This document shows, piece by piece, positions 7,796-16,560 of a stretch of 64,000 bases of DNA. Origin of the DNA: an uncultured Pseudomonadota bacterium (GTDB lineage: Bacteria > Myxococcota_A > UBA796 > UBA9615). The stretch's first letter is position 1, and each line of letters begins with the position of its first letter. Under the pieces are notes generated by a model that had not been told where the DNA came from, did not search any database, and worked only from the letters and a program-made list of their open reading frames with translations. The stretch is from the NCBI GenBank assembly GCA_937891735.1, contig CALAGR010000064.1, positions 26,723 to 90,722 of the forward strand. Reading direction: 5' to 3'. Both the position numbers and the translations under genes were made by a program.

Positions 7796-8578
7796 ATGCG
7801 TGCATCTTCGCTCCTGCTGACCTTGCTCCTCGTCCTGCCTCTCGCGGCCTGCGGCGACGGCGGCAACGCCTCCGATCCGGTGGAGCTCGACCCCCCCGCC
7901 AAGACCATCACGAAGCCCGCCGTGGCCCCCACCAAGACCGTGGCGCCCATCGCCGCCACCGCGGAGCCGGCGGTCGATCCCTTCGCGGAGCGACGGGCCA
8001 GCTACCAGCCCGGCATGCTCGACCCCACCGTCGCCAAGGAGCAGGCCCCCGCCACCTTCACGGTGAAGTTCGAGACGACCAAGGGCGACATGCTGATCGA
8101 CGTCACGCGCGCCTGGGCCCCCAACGGCGCCGACCGCTTCTACAACCTCGTCAAGATCGGCTACTTCGACGACACGGCGGTCTTCCGCGTCATCGGCGGG
8201 TTCATGGCCCAGCTCGGGATCAGCAGCGATCCGAAGGTCAGCGAGGTCTGGCGCGCCGCCAAGATCGACGACGATCCGGTCAAGGAGTCCAACCTGCCGG
8301 GCTACGTCACCTTCGCCATGGCCGGGCCCAACAGCCGCACGACCCAGATCTTCTTCAACTTCGTGGACAACAACCGGCTCGATCCCATGGGCTTCGCGCC
8401 CTTCGGCAAGCTGCGGGACATGGAGACGCTCAATGAGCTGTACGGCGGGTACGGAGAGGGCGCGCCCCGCGGACGCGGCCCCCACCAGGGCCTGCTGCAG
8501 AGCAAGGGCGGCCCCTACCTGAAGGAGAAGTTCCCGCTGCTCGACTACGTCACGAAGGCGAGCATCGTCACGCCGTAG
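7796..8578 (+). CDS. cyclophilin-type peptidyl-prolyl isomerase lipoprotein
   Basis: It has a lipobox (LPLAAC). The cyclophilin core is paralogous to 1479..3155 (TRAWAPNGADRFYNLVKIGYFDD...FRVIGGFMAQLG...TTQIFFNF). Confidence 0.9.
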   Translation: MRASSLLLTLLLVLPLAACGDGGNASDPVELDPPAKTITKPAVAPTKTVAPIAATAEPAVDPFAERRASYQPGMLDPTVAKEQAPATFTVKFETTKGDMLIDVTRAWAPNGADRFYNLVKIGYFDDTAVFRVIGGFMAQLGISSDPKVSEVWRAAKIDDDPVKESNLPGYVTFAMAGPNSRTTQIFFNFVDNNRLDPMGFAPFGKLRDMETLNELYGGYGEGAPRGRGPHQGLLQSKGGPYLKEKFPLLDYVTKASIVTP

Positions 8579-8666
8579 CGCGCATCAGCGGGGCGGGCGT
8601 GCCCTGCCCTTTGGCGCGGCGGCCCGTCACTGGCACCATGTGCGCTTCACGGGAGGGGCCCAGCCC

Positions 8667-10955
8667 ATGTGTGTTCGATCCTGCCTCGCCGCCCTGCCGG
8701 CCCTCGCCATCCTCGCGGTGGGCAACCCCGCGCAGGCCCAGACCGGCGGCCCCGACAACTTCGGCTACCAGTACCTGCCCACCACCTACGACTTCGTGCC
8801 GTTGCTGAGCACCTCGGGCGCCACGAGCACGAGCATCAACGGCAGCGGCGAGCAGGTCGTCACCCTGCCCTTCGCGTTCTCGTACTACGGCAACACGTAC
8901 TCCCAGGTCGCCATCTCGGCGGAGGGCGCCCTCACCTTCACGACGAGCGCCTCGGTTCCCCCCAGCAACAGCTGCTTCCCCGCCGTGTCCGCCGGCTCGC
9001 CGGACATCGCCATCTTCTGGGATGACCTCAACCCCCTGACGGGCGAGATCCGGACCTGGCACGACTCCGCCAACCAGCGCTTCATCATCAGCTGGGAGGG
9101 CGTCGCCCACGCGCCCAACAACGGCGCGGCGAGCTTTCAGATCCAGCTGTACGAGGTCGGCGGCGACATCGAGATGCACTACGCCGACGTGGACTTCGGC
9201 AACGTCGTGTCCAACAACGGGGTCAGCGCCACGGTGGGGATCCAGGACAACGTGGGCGGCACCATCCTGCAGGGCAACTTCCTGGAGTGGTTCTGCGACA
9301 GCGGCCAGCTGTCCGACGGCATCGCCGTGAAGTTCAGCTCCTGCCCCGACGTGGACGGGGACGGCTTCACCGACGCCACCTGCGGCGGCGACGACTGCGA
9401 CGACACCCTCGCGGTGAGCAACCCGGACTCCCCCGAGCTGTGCGACGGCCTGGACAACGACTGCGATGGCGTCACCAGCGACGAAAACAGCGACGACGAC
9501 GGCGACGGCCAGACGCCCTGCGCCGGCGACTGCGACGACACCGAGTCCACGGTCCTCACCGGGGGCACCGAGGTCTGCGACGGCCTCGACAACGACTGCG
9601 TGCTCGGGGTCGATGATCCGTTCGACAACGACGGCGACAGCGTGGCCACCTGCGTGGGGGACTGCGACGACACCAACCCCAACGTGTACCCCGGCGCGGT
9701 GGAGATCTGCGACGGGCTCGACTCCGACTGCGACGGCGAGACCCTGCAGAGCTACCAGACGCCCGACGCCTCCCTGTTCACGACGGCGACGGACTTCTTC
9801 CGGGGCACGATGTTCGCGCCCTCCCAGACCACGTTCCTGGACTCCCTGAGCGCCTACATCGATCCCCAGGCGAGCTTCCAGACCCCCCGGGACATCGCGT
9901 GGCTGGTGTTCGAGGGCCCGGACCAGAACGGGGAGATGTTCAAGATCGCCGAGGTGGCCCAGCAGATCCCGAGCTCGGGGCAGGGTTGGTACGAGTCGCC
10001 GCAGATCGCCGTGTCCATGCAGCCCGGCATGCACTACGCGGTGGGCCTGTGGTGGGACGGCGAGGTGGGGTACGGCTACAACACCTCCCCCGGCTTCCCC
10101 GTGAGCCTGGACTGGGGCGAGAACATCGGCGGGGCGAGCTCGGGGCCCTGGGGCGCCCCCCCGAACAGCTCCGTGACGCTGTCGACGTCCACGTCCTACG
10201 ACATCATCGTCAACACCGGAGGCGAGGCCGACTACGACTCCGACGGCGCCCTGGCGTGCGAGGACTGCGACGACACCGACGCGGGCACGAACACCGCCAG
10301 CGTCGAGGTCTGCGACGGCTCGGACAACGACTGCGACGGCGTGCTGCCCGCGGACGAGGCCGACGCGGACGGCGACGGCTACCTCGCCTGCGCCGACGAC
10401 TGCGACGACACCAGCGCCGAGGCCTTCCCCGGCAACCCCGACGGCGAGACCTGCGACGGCCTCGACAACGACTGCGACGGGGCGCTGCCGGACGACGAAC
10501 TCGACGCCGACTCCGACGGCTTCGTGCAGTGCGCCGAGTGCGACGACGCCAACGCCGCCATCAACCCCGACGCCGTCGAGATCTGCGACGGCGAGGACAA
10601 CGACTGCGACAACATCACCCCCGCGGACGAGTCCGACCTGGACTCCGACGGGGCGCGGCCGTGCAGCGGCGACTGCAACGACCTCGCCGCGTCCGCCCAC
10701 CCGGACAACACCACCGAGACGTTCTGCAGCGACAACGTGGACAACGACTGCGACGGCGACATCGACGGCGACGACATGGACTGCGTGACCGGGTTCGACG
10801 ACGACGACACCACCGAGGCGACGGACGACGACGACTCCACGGGCGGAGGCGGCGGCGGTGGCTGCAGCGGCTGCGAGAGCAACGTGTCCGGGGACGGCGC
10901 TCCGTCCTGGCTGTGGCTGGGGGTGTTGGCCCTGGGGCTGCGGCGCCGACGCTGA
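8667..10955 (+). CDS. secreted repeat protein with MopE-like putative metal-binding motifs and a MYXO-CTERM-type sorting tail
   Basis: ATG 8667 is preceded by GGGAGG at 8651-8656 (track start 8640). The signal peptide ends AQAQ. There are seven C..DCDD...P....E.CDG.DNDCDG repeats, at nt ~9342-9737 and ~10224-10787. The C-terminus is GGCSGC + hydrophobic helix + RRRR. Confidence 0.85.
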   Translation: MCVRSCLAALPALAILAVGNPAQAQTGGPDNFGYQYLPTTYDFVPLLSTSGATSTSINGSGEQVVTLPFAFSYYGNTYSQVAISAEGALTFTTSASVPPSNSCFPAVSAGSPDIAIFWDDLNPLTGEIRTWHDSANQRFIISWEGVAHAPNNGAASFQIQLYEVGGDIEMHYADVDFGNVVSNNGVSATVGIQDNVGGTILQGNFLEWFCDSGQLSDGIAVKFSSCPDVDGDGFTDATCGGDDCDDTLAVSNPDSPELCDGLDNDCDGVTSDENSDDDGDGQTPCAGDCDDTESTVLTGGTEVCDGLDNDCVLGVDDPFDNDGDSVATCVGDCDDTNPNVYPGAVEICDGLDSDCDGETLQSYQTPDASLFTTATDFFRGTMFAPSQTTFLDSLSAYIDPQASFQTPRDIAWLVFEGPDQNGEMFKIAEVAQQIPSSGQGWYESPQIAVSMQPGMHYAVGLWWDGEVGYGYNTSPGFPVSLDWGENIGGASSGPWGAPPNSSVTLSTSTSYDIIVNTGGEADYDSDGALACEDCDDTDAGTNTASVEVCDGSDNDCDGVLPADEADADGDGYLACADDCDDTSAEAFPGNPDGETCDGLDNDCDGALPDDELDADSDGFVQCAECDDANAAINPDAVEICDGEDNDCDNITPADESDLDSDGARPCSGDCNDLAASAHPDNTTETFCSDNVDNDCDGDIDGDDMDCVTGFDDDDTTEATDDDDSTGGGGGGGCSGCESNVSGDGAPSWLWLGVLALGLRRRR

Positions 10956-10971
10956 GGATCCGCGCGCGCCT

Positions 10972-11167
10972 CGCGAACAAACCCGGGGGAGCTGCGGTCT
11001 CTCCCCCCACCTTGTTCGCCGATCCGGGTGCGGCGGGGGTCGGACGCGGCGGATCCGCGAACGAAGCGGCCCGGGGTGTCGCATCTCCCCGGAGTTGGTT
11101 CGCCGGGGGGGCTGGCTGAGCGAACAAAGCCGGTACAGGTGCCGCAGGTACCCCGAGCTGGTTCGCC
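10972..11167. repeat. three tandem 49-nt hairpin modules (REP-like), conserved termini GCGAAC...GTTCGCC
   Basis: The modules are 10972-11020, 11056-11104 and 11119-11167. Each starts (C/A)GCGAAC(A/G)AA and ends T(T/G)GTTCGCC. The inner stems differ but stay self-complementary (GGGGGAG/CTCCCCC, CCGGGG/CCCCGG, GGTAC/GTACC). They lie between convergent genes. Confidence 0.85.
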
Positions 11168-11282
11168 AGGAGACCGTGCGCCGCCTCACGACCCACAGGC
11201 CGGCGCACTTCAGTGCGTCGCAGGGAGCGGCGCCGACGCTGACGAAGAGATCGGGCGTCGCGCGAGTCTTCCGCGGCTGCGA

Positions 11283-11942
11283 TCAGCTCCGCTTGCGCCC
11301 GCGCACGGCGAGGGAGCCGATGGTGTCGGTGACGTCCGCCCGCCGGTCCAGGCACCGCCAGGATCGCTCGACGACGAAGCCCGCGTCCTGCAGGGCCTGG
11401 CTCCAGCCGGCCTCGGACAGCATCGTCATGGGGATCCCCATGACCTCGGGCCAGCCGTGGCACTCCGGGTTCTCCTCGTAGAAGTCCGTGCAGACGGTCA
11501 GGGTTCCGCCGGGCTTGATCACGCGCCACACCTCGGTCAGCGCGGCGCCCAGGTCGATGGCGTAGTACAGCGCCTCCATCGAGAACGCGTGGTTGAAGAA
11601 GGCGTCCTTCCACACGAGCTTGTCGAAAGACGCCTGCCGAAAGCTCAGGCCGTAGTGGGTGCCGTGGGCCGCCTTCGCGCGGGCCACCATCTCGGGCGCC
11701 GCGTCCACCCCCACCGCGGCCCCGAAGTTGCCCGCCTTCTCCCGGAGCCACAGCGTCGCCCAGCCGTTGCCGCAGCCCAGATCGAGCAGCTTGTCACCCA
11801 GATCGATGGGCATGTCCTCCAGGGCCTGGATGGCTCGGGGCTTGTGACCTCTCTCCATGCCCTCGGCGCGGCCGTTGCGGGCCCAGTCATCGAACAGGGC
11901 AGCGGTCTCGTTTCCGGTGGGCATCGGATCTCCAGTGTTCAT
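11283..11942 (-). CDS. class I SAM-dependent methyltransferase
   Basis: Motif I is LLDLGCGNGW, with a downstream VIKPGGTL block. Confidence 0.85.
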   Translation of the reverse strand: MNTGDPMPTGNETAALFDDWARNGRAEGMERGHKPRAIQALEDMPIDLGDKLLDLGCGNGWATLWLREKAGNFGAAVGVDAAPEMVARAKAAHGTHYGLSFRQASFDKLVWKDAFFNHAFSMEALYYAIDLGAALTEVWRVIKPGGTLTVCTDFYEENPECHGWPEVMGIPMTMLSEAGWSQALQDAGFVVERSWRCLDRRADVTDTIGSLAVRGRKRS

Positions 11943-11989
11943 CGGGGCCTGCGTGCATTCCCCGAGCCGCTGATATGGTCGGCCGCAGC

Positions 11990-12589
11990 ATGGGTAGCAC
12001 GCGAAGACGCTTCTTGAAGTACGGCCTGGGCGGCGTGGTCCTGCTGGCGGTGCCGGCCATCGGCCTGGGGCTGCGCCCCACGGTGCTGGTGGAGCCCGGG
12101 CGCCCGCTCCAGACCTTCAGCCCGGGGCAGTTCAGCGTGTTGAGGGCGGTGGCCGACGCGTTCTGTCCCGGCACCGAGGCGCTGCCCCCGGCGCGGGACC
12201 TGGCGGTGGCGGAGCAGCTCGATGCGCTGTTCGCGCGCATGCATCCGGGGGTCGGCAAGGATCTCGCTGCGGCCCTCGATCTGCTCGAGAACGCGCTCGC
12301 GTCGGCGCTGCTGGACCAGCGGCTCCAGACGTTCACCGCCTGCTCCGAGGGGGCGCGGGCCGCGGTGCTCGAGCAGTGGAAGACGAGCGGCCTGACCGTA
12401 CGTCGAGCGATCTACAAGGCCCTGCGGGGCTTCGTCATGGCCGCCTACTGGGGCGACCGACGCACCTGGGGCCCGATGGGGTACGTCGGAATGCCGGACT
12501 ACAGCGGCGTGCCGAGCCCCGCTCCGTTCGATGAGTGGATCGCCGCCAGCAAGGCCACGTCCGAGGACGCCGCCGAGGGAACCCAATGA
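11990..12589 (+). CDS. Tat-signal small subunit, gluconate 2-dehydrogenase subunit-3-like
   Basis: The twin-arginine motif STRRRFLKYG follows ATG 11990. Its stop overlaps the ATG of the GMC oxidoreductase (ATGA at 12586-12589), a typical two-gene arrangement. Confidence 0.75.
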   Translation: MGSTRRRFLKYGLGGVVLLAVPAIGLGLRPTVLVEPGRPLQTFSPGQFSVLRAVADAFCPGTEALPPARDLAVAEQLDALFARMHPGVGKDLAAALDLLENALASALLDQRLQTFTACSEGARAAVLEQWKTSGLTVRRAIYKALRGFVMAAYWGDRRTWGPMGYVGMPDYSGVPSPAPFDEWIAASKATSEDAAEGTQ

Positions 12590-14127
12590 CCGGCAGGATC
12601 TTCGGCGCCGCAGACGTCGCCTCCGACATCACGCTGGACCCCCAGGTCTGCATCATCGGATCTGGCGCCGGCGGAGCCGTGCTCGCCGCGGGGCTCGTGG
12701 CCCAGGGCCTGGACGTGGTGATGCTCGAGGCGGGCGGACACTTCACCCGGGAGCAGTTCACGGGGGACGAGGCCTGGTCCTTCGACCGGATGTACCAGGA
12801 GCGCGGAGCCCGGGCGACCGAGGATCTGGCCTTCACGGTGCTGCAGGGACGCACGGTGGGCGGCTCCACCACCATCAACTGGACGACCTGCTACCGCACG
12901 CCGGATCGCGTGCTGGCGCACTGGGCGGAGCACCACGGGATCGAGGGGCTCGACCCGGACACGATGGGGCCGCACTTCGAGAGCGTCGAGCACCGGCTGA
13001 ACATCCGCGAGTGGCCTGCCGGCGCCGCCAACCAGAACAACCAGGTCCTGCTGCGCGGGGGGCAGGCCCTCGGCTGGGACCCGCACCTGCTGCGGCGCAA
13101 CGTGCGCGGATGCGTCAACAGCGGGTACTGCGGCCTGGGCTGCCCGGTGGACGGCAAGCAGGCCATGGGGGTCAGCTACCTGTCGGACGCGGTGCGGGAC
13201 GGGCTGCGCATCTACAGCAACGTGGAGGCCACGCGGATCGAACACGCCAACGGCCGGGCCACGGCGGTGCACGCCTCCGTCCTCGATCCCCACACGGATC
13301 GACCGACCGGCGCCTCGATCACCGTGCGCCCGAAGATCCTGGTGAGCGCGGCCGGCGCCATCAACGGCCCGGCGCTGCTGCTGCGCTCGGGGATCGAGGG
13401 CGGCGGTCTGGTGGGGCGGCGCACGTTCATCCACCCCGTGTGCGGCGTGGCGGGGCTGTACGAGCAGCCGATCAACCCCTGGCACGGCGCGCCCCAGTCC
13501 GTCGGCTGCCACCACTTCAACGTGCGCGGCCCGGGCCAGATGGGCTACTTCCTGGAGTCGGCGCCGCTGCAGCCGATGCTGGCCTCCACCGTGGGGTCCC
13601 AGTTCGGCAGCGAGCACTCCGCGTTCATGGGCCGGCTCGGCCACGTCGGCGTGCTGATCGCCCTGGGGATCGACGGGTTCCTGCCCGAAGACGTGGGCGG
13701 CGCCGTGAAGGTCAAGGCCGACGGCCGGATCTGGCTGGACTACCCGGTGCGGGCCCCGCTCCTGGAGGCGCTGAAGGACGCGCACCTCAACATGGCCCGC
13801 TGCCACCTCGCCGCCGGGGCGTTGGAGCAGGTGACGCTGCACTCCGACCCGGTGCGGATCCGCGGCGAGGCGGATCTGGCGCTGCTGGCGGACGCGCCCT
13901 ACGGCGCCCACAAGCACACGATGTTCACGGCCCACGTCATGGGGGGCTGCGGGATGGGCGGCGATCCGGCCAGCAGCGTGGTGGACACCGAGCACCGGCT
14001 GCGGGGGTTCGAGAACGTGTTCGTGGTCGATGGCTCGGTGCTGCCCACGTCCCTCGGCGTGAACCCGTCCCAGACGATCTACGGCCTCGCCCACCGGGCG
14101 CGGGGCTTCGTGGCAGCCGCGGTGTAG
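12586..14127 (+). CDS. GMC-family FAD-dependent oxidoreductase
   Basis: The N-terminal FAD fold is CIIGSGAGGAVLA...LEAG, and the C-terminal GMC signature region is HVMGGCGMG...VVDGSVLP. Confidence 0.9.
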   Translation: MTGRIFGAADVASDITLDPQVCIIGSGAGGAVLAAGLVAQGLDVVMLEAGGHFTREQFTGDEAWSFDRMYQERGARATEDLAFTVLQGRTVGGSTTINWTTCYRTPDRVLAHWAEHHGIEGLDPDTMGPHFESVEHRLNIREWPAGAANQNNQVLLRGGQALGWDPHLLRRNVRGCVNSGYCGLGCPVDGKQAMGVSYLSDAVRDGLRIYSNVEATRIEHANGRATAVHASVLDPHTDRPTGASITVRPKILVSAAGAINGPALLLRSGIEGGGLVGRRTFIHPVCGVAGLYEQPINPWHGAPQSVGCHHFNVRGPGQMGYFLESAPLQPMLASTVGSQFGSEHSAFMGRLGHVGVLIALGIDGFLPEDVGGAVKVKADGRIWLDYPVRAPLLEALKDAHLNMARCHLAAGALEQVTLHSDPVRIRGEADLALLADAPYGAHKHTMFTAHVMGGCGMGGDPASSVVDTEHRLRGFENVFVVDGSVLPTSLGVNPSQTIYGLAHRARGFVAAAV

Positions 14128-14139
14128 GACCGCGACGCC

Positions 14140-14643
14140 TCAGCCTGCGGACGAAGCGCCCACCAGGCCCATCCCGATGCGCACCAGCTGGAAGGCGAGC
14201 ACCGCGTAGCCGGTGAACGTCACGAAGAGCAGCCGCTTGGGGACCGCTCGACCGAGCCTGCCCCCCAGCACGAACGGGTAGGCCGCCCGCGCGGCGACGT
14301 AGATCCCGCCGGTGATCGTCGCCTCGTCGATGCTGCCCACCAGGGCGTGCAGCCACAGCAGCACCAGGAAGATGGGCATGTGCTCCAGCATGTTCAGCTG
14401 GATCCGGTCCGCGGCGAGCATCTCCCGGTCCTGGGAGTAGTAGCGGTCGAACTTCTCGCCCCGCTCCTGGTAGGCGCGCCCCAGCCGGATCTTCGTGCGC
14501 AGCACCTGGGTCATGAAGGCGTAGTACAGGCCCACGTAGGCCAACGTGACCCAGGCCGGACCGATGGGGATGCCTCCGTCGGTGGTCTGGGAGCAGCCGG
14601 GCAGCAGCACGAGGAGCAGGGTGAGGAGCAGCGGGGTCTTCAT
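14140..14643 (-). CDS. MAPEG-family membrane protein with lipobox N-terminus
   Basis: 167 aa from ATG 14643. The N-terminus LLPGC is lipobox-like. It has four hydrophobic segments, and the N.LE..P.F-type motif (QLNMLEHMPIF) matches my recollection of MAPEG/YecN proteins. Confidence 0.6.
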   Translation of the reverse strand: MKTPLLLTLLLVLLPGCSQTTDGGIPIGPAWVTLAYVGLYYAFMTQVLRTKIRLGRAYQERGEKFDRYYSQDREMLAADRIQLNMLEHMPIFLVLLWLHALVGSIDEATITGGIYVAARAAYPFVLGGRLGRAVPKRLLFVTFTGYAVLAFQLVRIGMGLVGASSAG

Positions 14644-14716
14644 GGAAGACGACTGTACCGCTGAGGCCCCCGGGGCGCATTGACCGACCCCGGACCCTTC
14701 TCTACCGTCGCGGGCC

Positions 14717-16534
14717 ATGGGCGATCTGAACCTGTTCGACGCGTACGACCTCGTGATCCTGGGCGGCGGTCTGGCCGGGCTGACCCTCGCCCGCCAGCTG
14801 GGCCTGGAGCGCCCCGGCACCTCCATCCTGGTCGTCGAGCAGGCGGCGCACCCCTGCCCCGAGTCGGCCCACAAGATCGGCGAGAGCAGCGTCGAGCTGG
14901 CCGGACGCTGGTTCCGGGACACGCTCCAGCTCAAGGACCACCTGGACGAGCAGCACCTGCCCAAGCTCGGGCTGCGCTACTTCCTGCCCGGCGACAAGCA
15001 CGACATCACCTCGCGCCTGGAGTACGGCCCGCTGCTCAACAAGGTGCCCGTGCCCTTCCGGGGCCTGCTGGTGCCGAGCTACCAGCTGGATCGGGGGCGC
15101 CTGGAGACCTTCCTCGCAAAGGACCTGCCGCCCACGACCCACTTCCGGGACACCACCGAGGTGATGGACTTCACCATCGACCGGGCCGGCCACTCCGTCA
15201 CCGTGCGGCGGGGCGACGAACTCGTGACCGTCGCGGCGCGGTGGATCGTGGACGCGAGCGGGCGTCGGGCGCTGCTGAAGACGAAGCTGGGCCTGGCCGA
15301 ACCCGTGGTGCACCACGCCAACTCCGTGTGGTGGCGGGTACAGGGCCGCATCAAGGTGGACGACTGGAGCGACGATCCCGAGTGGAGCAGCCGCATCAAG
15401 GCCCCCATCCGGTGGCAGAGCACGTGCCAGCTCCTGGGTGAGGGCTACTGGATCTGGATCATCGCCCTCGCCCCGAACCGCACCTCGGTGGGGATCGTGG
15501 CCGACCCCCGGATCCACCCCTTCAAGACCATGAACCGGAGCAGCAAGGCCCTTCAGTGGCTGGCCGAGCACGAGCCGCTCCTCGCCGAGGCGATGGCGGG
15601 CCGGGAGGTCTGCGACTTCATGGCGCTGAACGACTTCTCGCGCAACAGCCGGCAGGTGTTCTCGGCGGATCGCTGGGGCATGACGGGCGACGCGGGCCTG
15701 TTCACCGACCCGTTCTACTCGCCGGGCAGCGACTTCATCGCCATCGCCAACACCTACAACCTCGACCTCATCAAGCGCGAGCTGGCGGGGGAGGACATCG
15801 CCGAGCGGGCCGACCGGTCCAACTACTTCTTCAAGCTCCTGTACGACCAGTTCATGCGGGTCTACCGCGACCACTACGTCACCATGGGCAACCCCCAGGT
15901 AATGGCCGCCAAGATGGTGTTCGACAACGCCTTCTACTGGGGCTGGGCGGTGCTCGCGTTCCAGAACGGGCGCCTGTGCGACGTGGACTTCATGCAGGAG
16001 TTCCACGACGAGGTCCTGCGCTCGATCTCGCTGCACGGGCGGGTCGAAGAGCTCCTGCGGGAGTGGAACGCCGCCGAGCAGCCCCCGGTGGCGCCGGGTC
16101 AGTACATCGACCAGTTCGACGTGAAGATGCTCTGGTCCATCTACACGACCCTGATCCGGCCCATCGACGGCGACGTGCTCAAGCGCCGCATGAGCGAGAA
16201 CCTCGACCGGCTCGAGGCGCTGGCTGAGGTGATCTTCCGGCGGGCGACGCGGGGGAATCCACGGGTGCAGGCGGCCGAGCACATCAACTGCCACGTGCTC
16301 ACCCTGGACGAGTCGAAGTGGGACGCGCTGGGGCTGTTCGACGCCCCGGACAAGTCCGCCGCGGTGGCGCGGGTGCGGCAGCAGGCGATCCCGCTGTGGG
16401 TGGACGGATCGGTGGACGCAGCGGCCCGGCTCGCCGCGATCAGCAGGCCCGACGGGCCCGACGCGGCCCTCGTGCCCCAGGCCGCGCCCGCCCCCCTCGA
16501 AGCCGGCGGCTCCTTCGACGCATTTGGCGACTGA
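14717..16534 (+). CDS. FAD-dependent halogenase-like oxidoreductase
   Basis: It has the GxGxxG motif (ILGGGLAGL), HKIGESS (the Lys-containing motif of flavin halogenases), a W.W.IP-like block degenerated to GEGYWIWIIAL, and a long C-terminal helical extension. Confidence 0.65.
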   Translation: MGDLNLFDAYDLVILGGGLAGLTLARQLGLERPGTSILVVEQAAHPCPESAHKIGESSVELAGRWFRDTLQLKDHLDEQHLPKLGLRYFLPGDKHDITSRLEYGPLLNKVPVPFRGLLVPSYQLDRGRLETFLAKDLPPTTHFRDTTEVMDFTIDRAGHSVTVRRGDELVTVAARWIVDASGRRALLKTKLGLAEPVVHHANSVWWRVQGRIKVDDWSDDPEWSSRIKAPIRWQSTCQLLGEGYWIWIIALAPNRTSVGIVADPRIHPFKTMNRSSKALQWLAEHEPLLAEAMAGREVCDFMALNDFSRNSRQVFSADRWGMTGDAGLFTDPFYSPGSDFIAIANTYNLDLIKRELAGEDIAERADRSNYFFKLLYDQFMRVYRDHYVTMGNPQVMAAKMVFDNAFYWGWAVLAFQNGRLCDVDFMQEFHDEVLRSISLHGRVEELLREWNAAEQPPVAPGQYIDQFDVKMLWSIYTTLIRPIDGDVLKRRMSENLDRLEALAEVIFRRATRGNPRVQAAEHINCHVLTLDESKWDALGLFDAPDKSAAVARVRQQAIPLWVDGSVDAAARLAAISRPDGPDAALVPQAAPAPLEAGGSFDAFGD

Positions 16535-16560
16535 ATCGGGAGCCGCTAACCTCCCGCGCC

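Noticed and set aside
10972-11167. A possible CRISPR array.
   Set aside because: There are only three units. The units are internally palindromic with variable cores. The spacers are 35 and 14 nt, unequal and too short. No cas genes are in the window. The array is better described as REP-like hairpin modules.
8568-11189. An 873-aa minus-strand ORF. The similar long ORFs 60652..63081 (+), 52638..55244 (+), 352..1737 (-) and 12499..14094 (-) belong with it.
   Set aside because: All are low-complexity Arg/Gly/Val/Ala-rich shadows opposite genes with clear signatures: the MopE-like repeat protein, the flippase, the acyl-CoA synthetase/regulator, korB and the GMC oxidoreductase.
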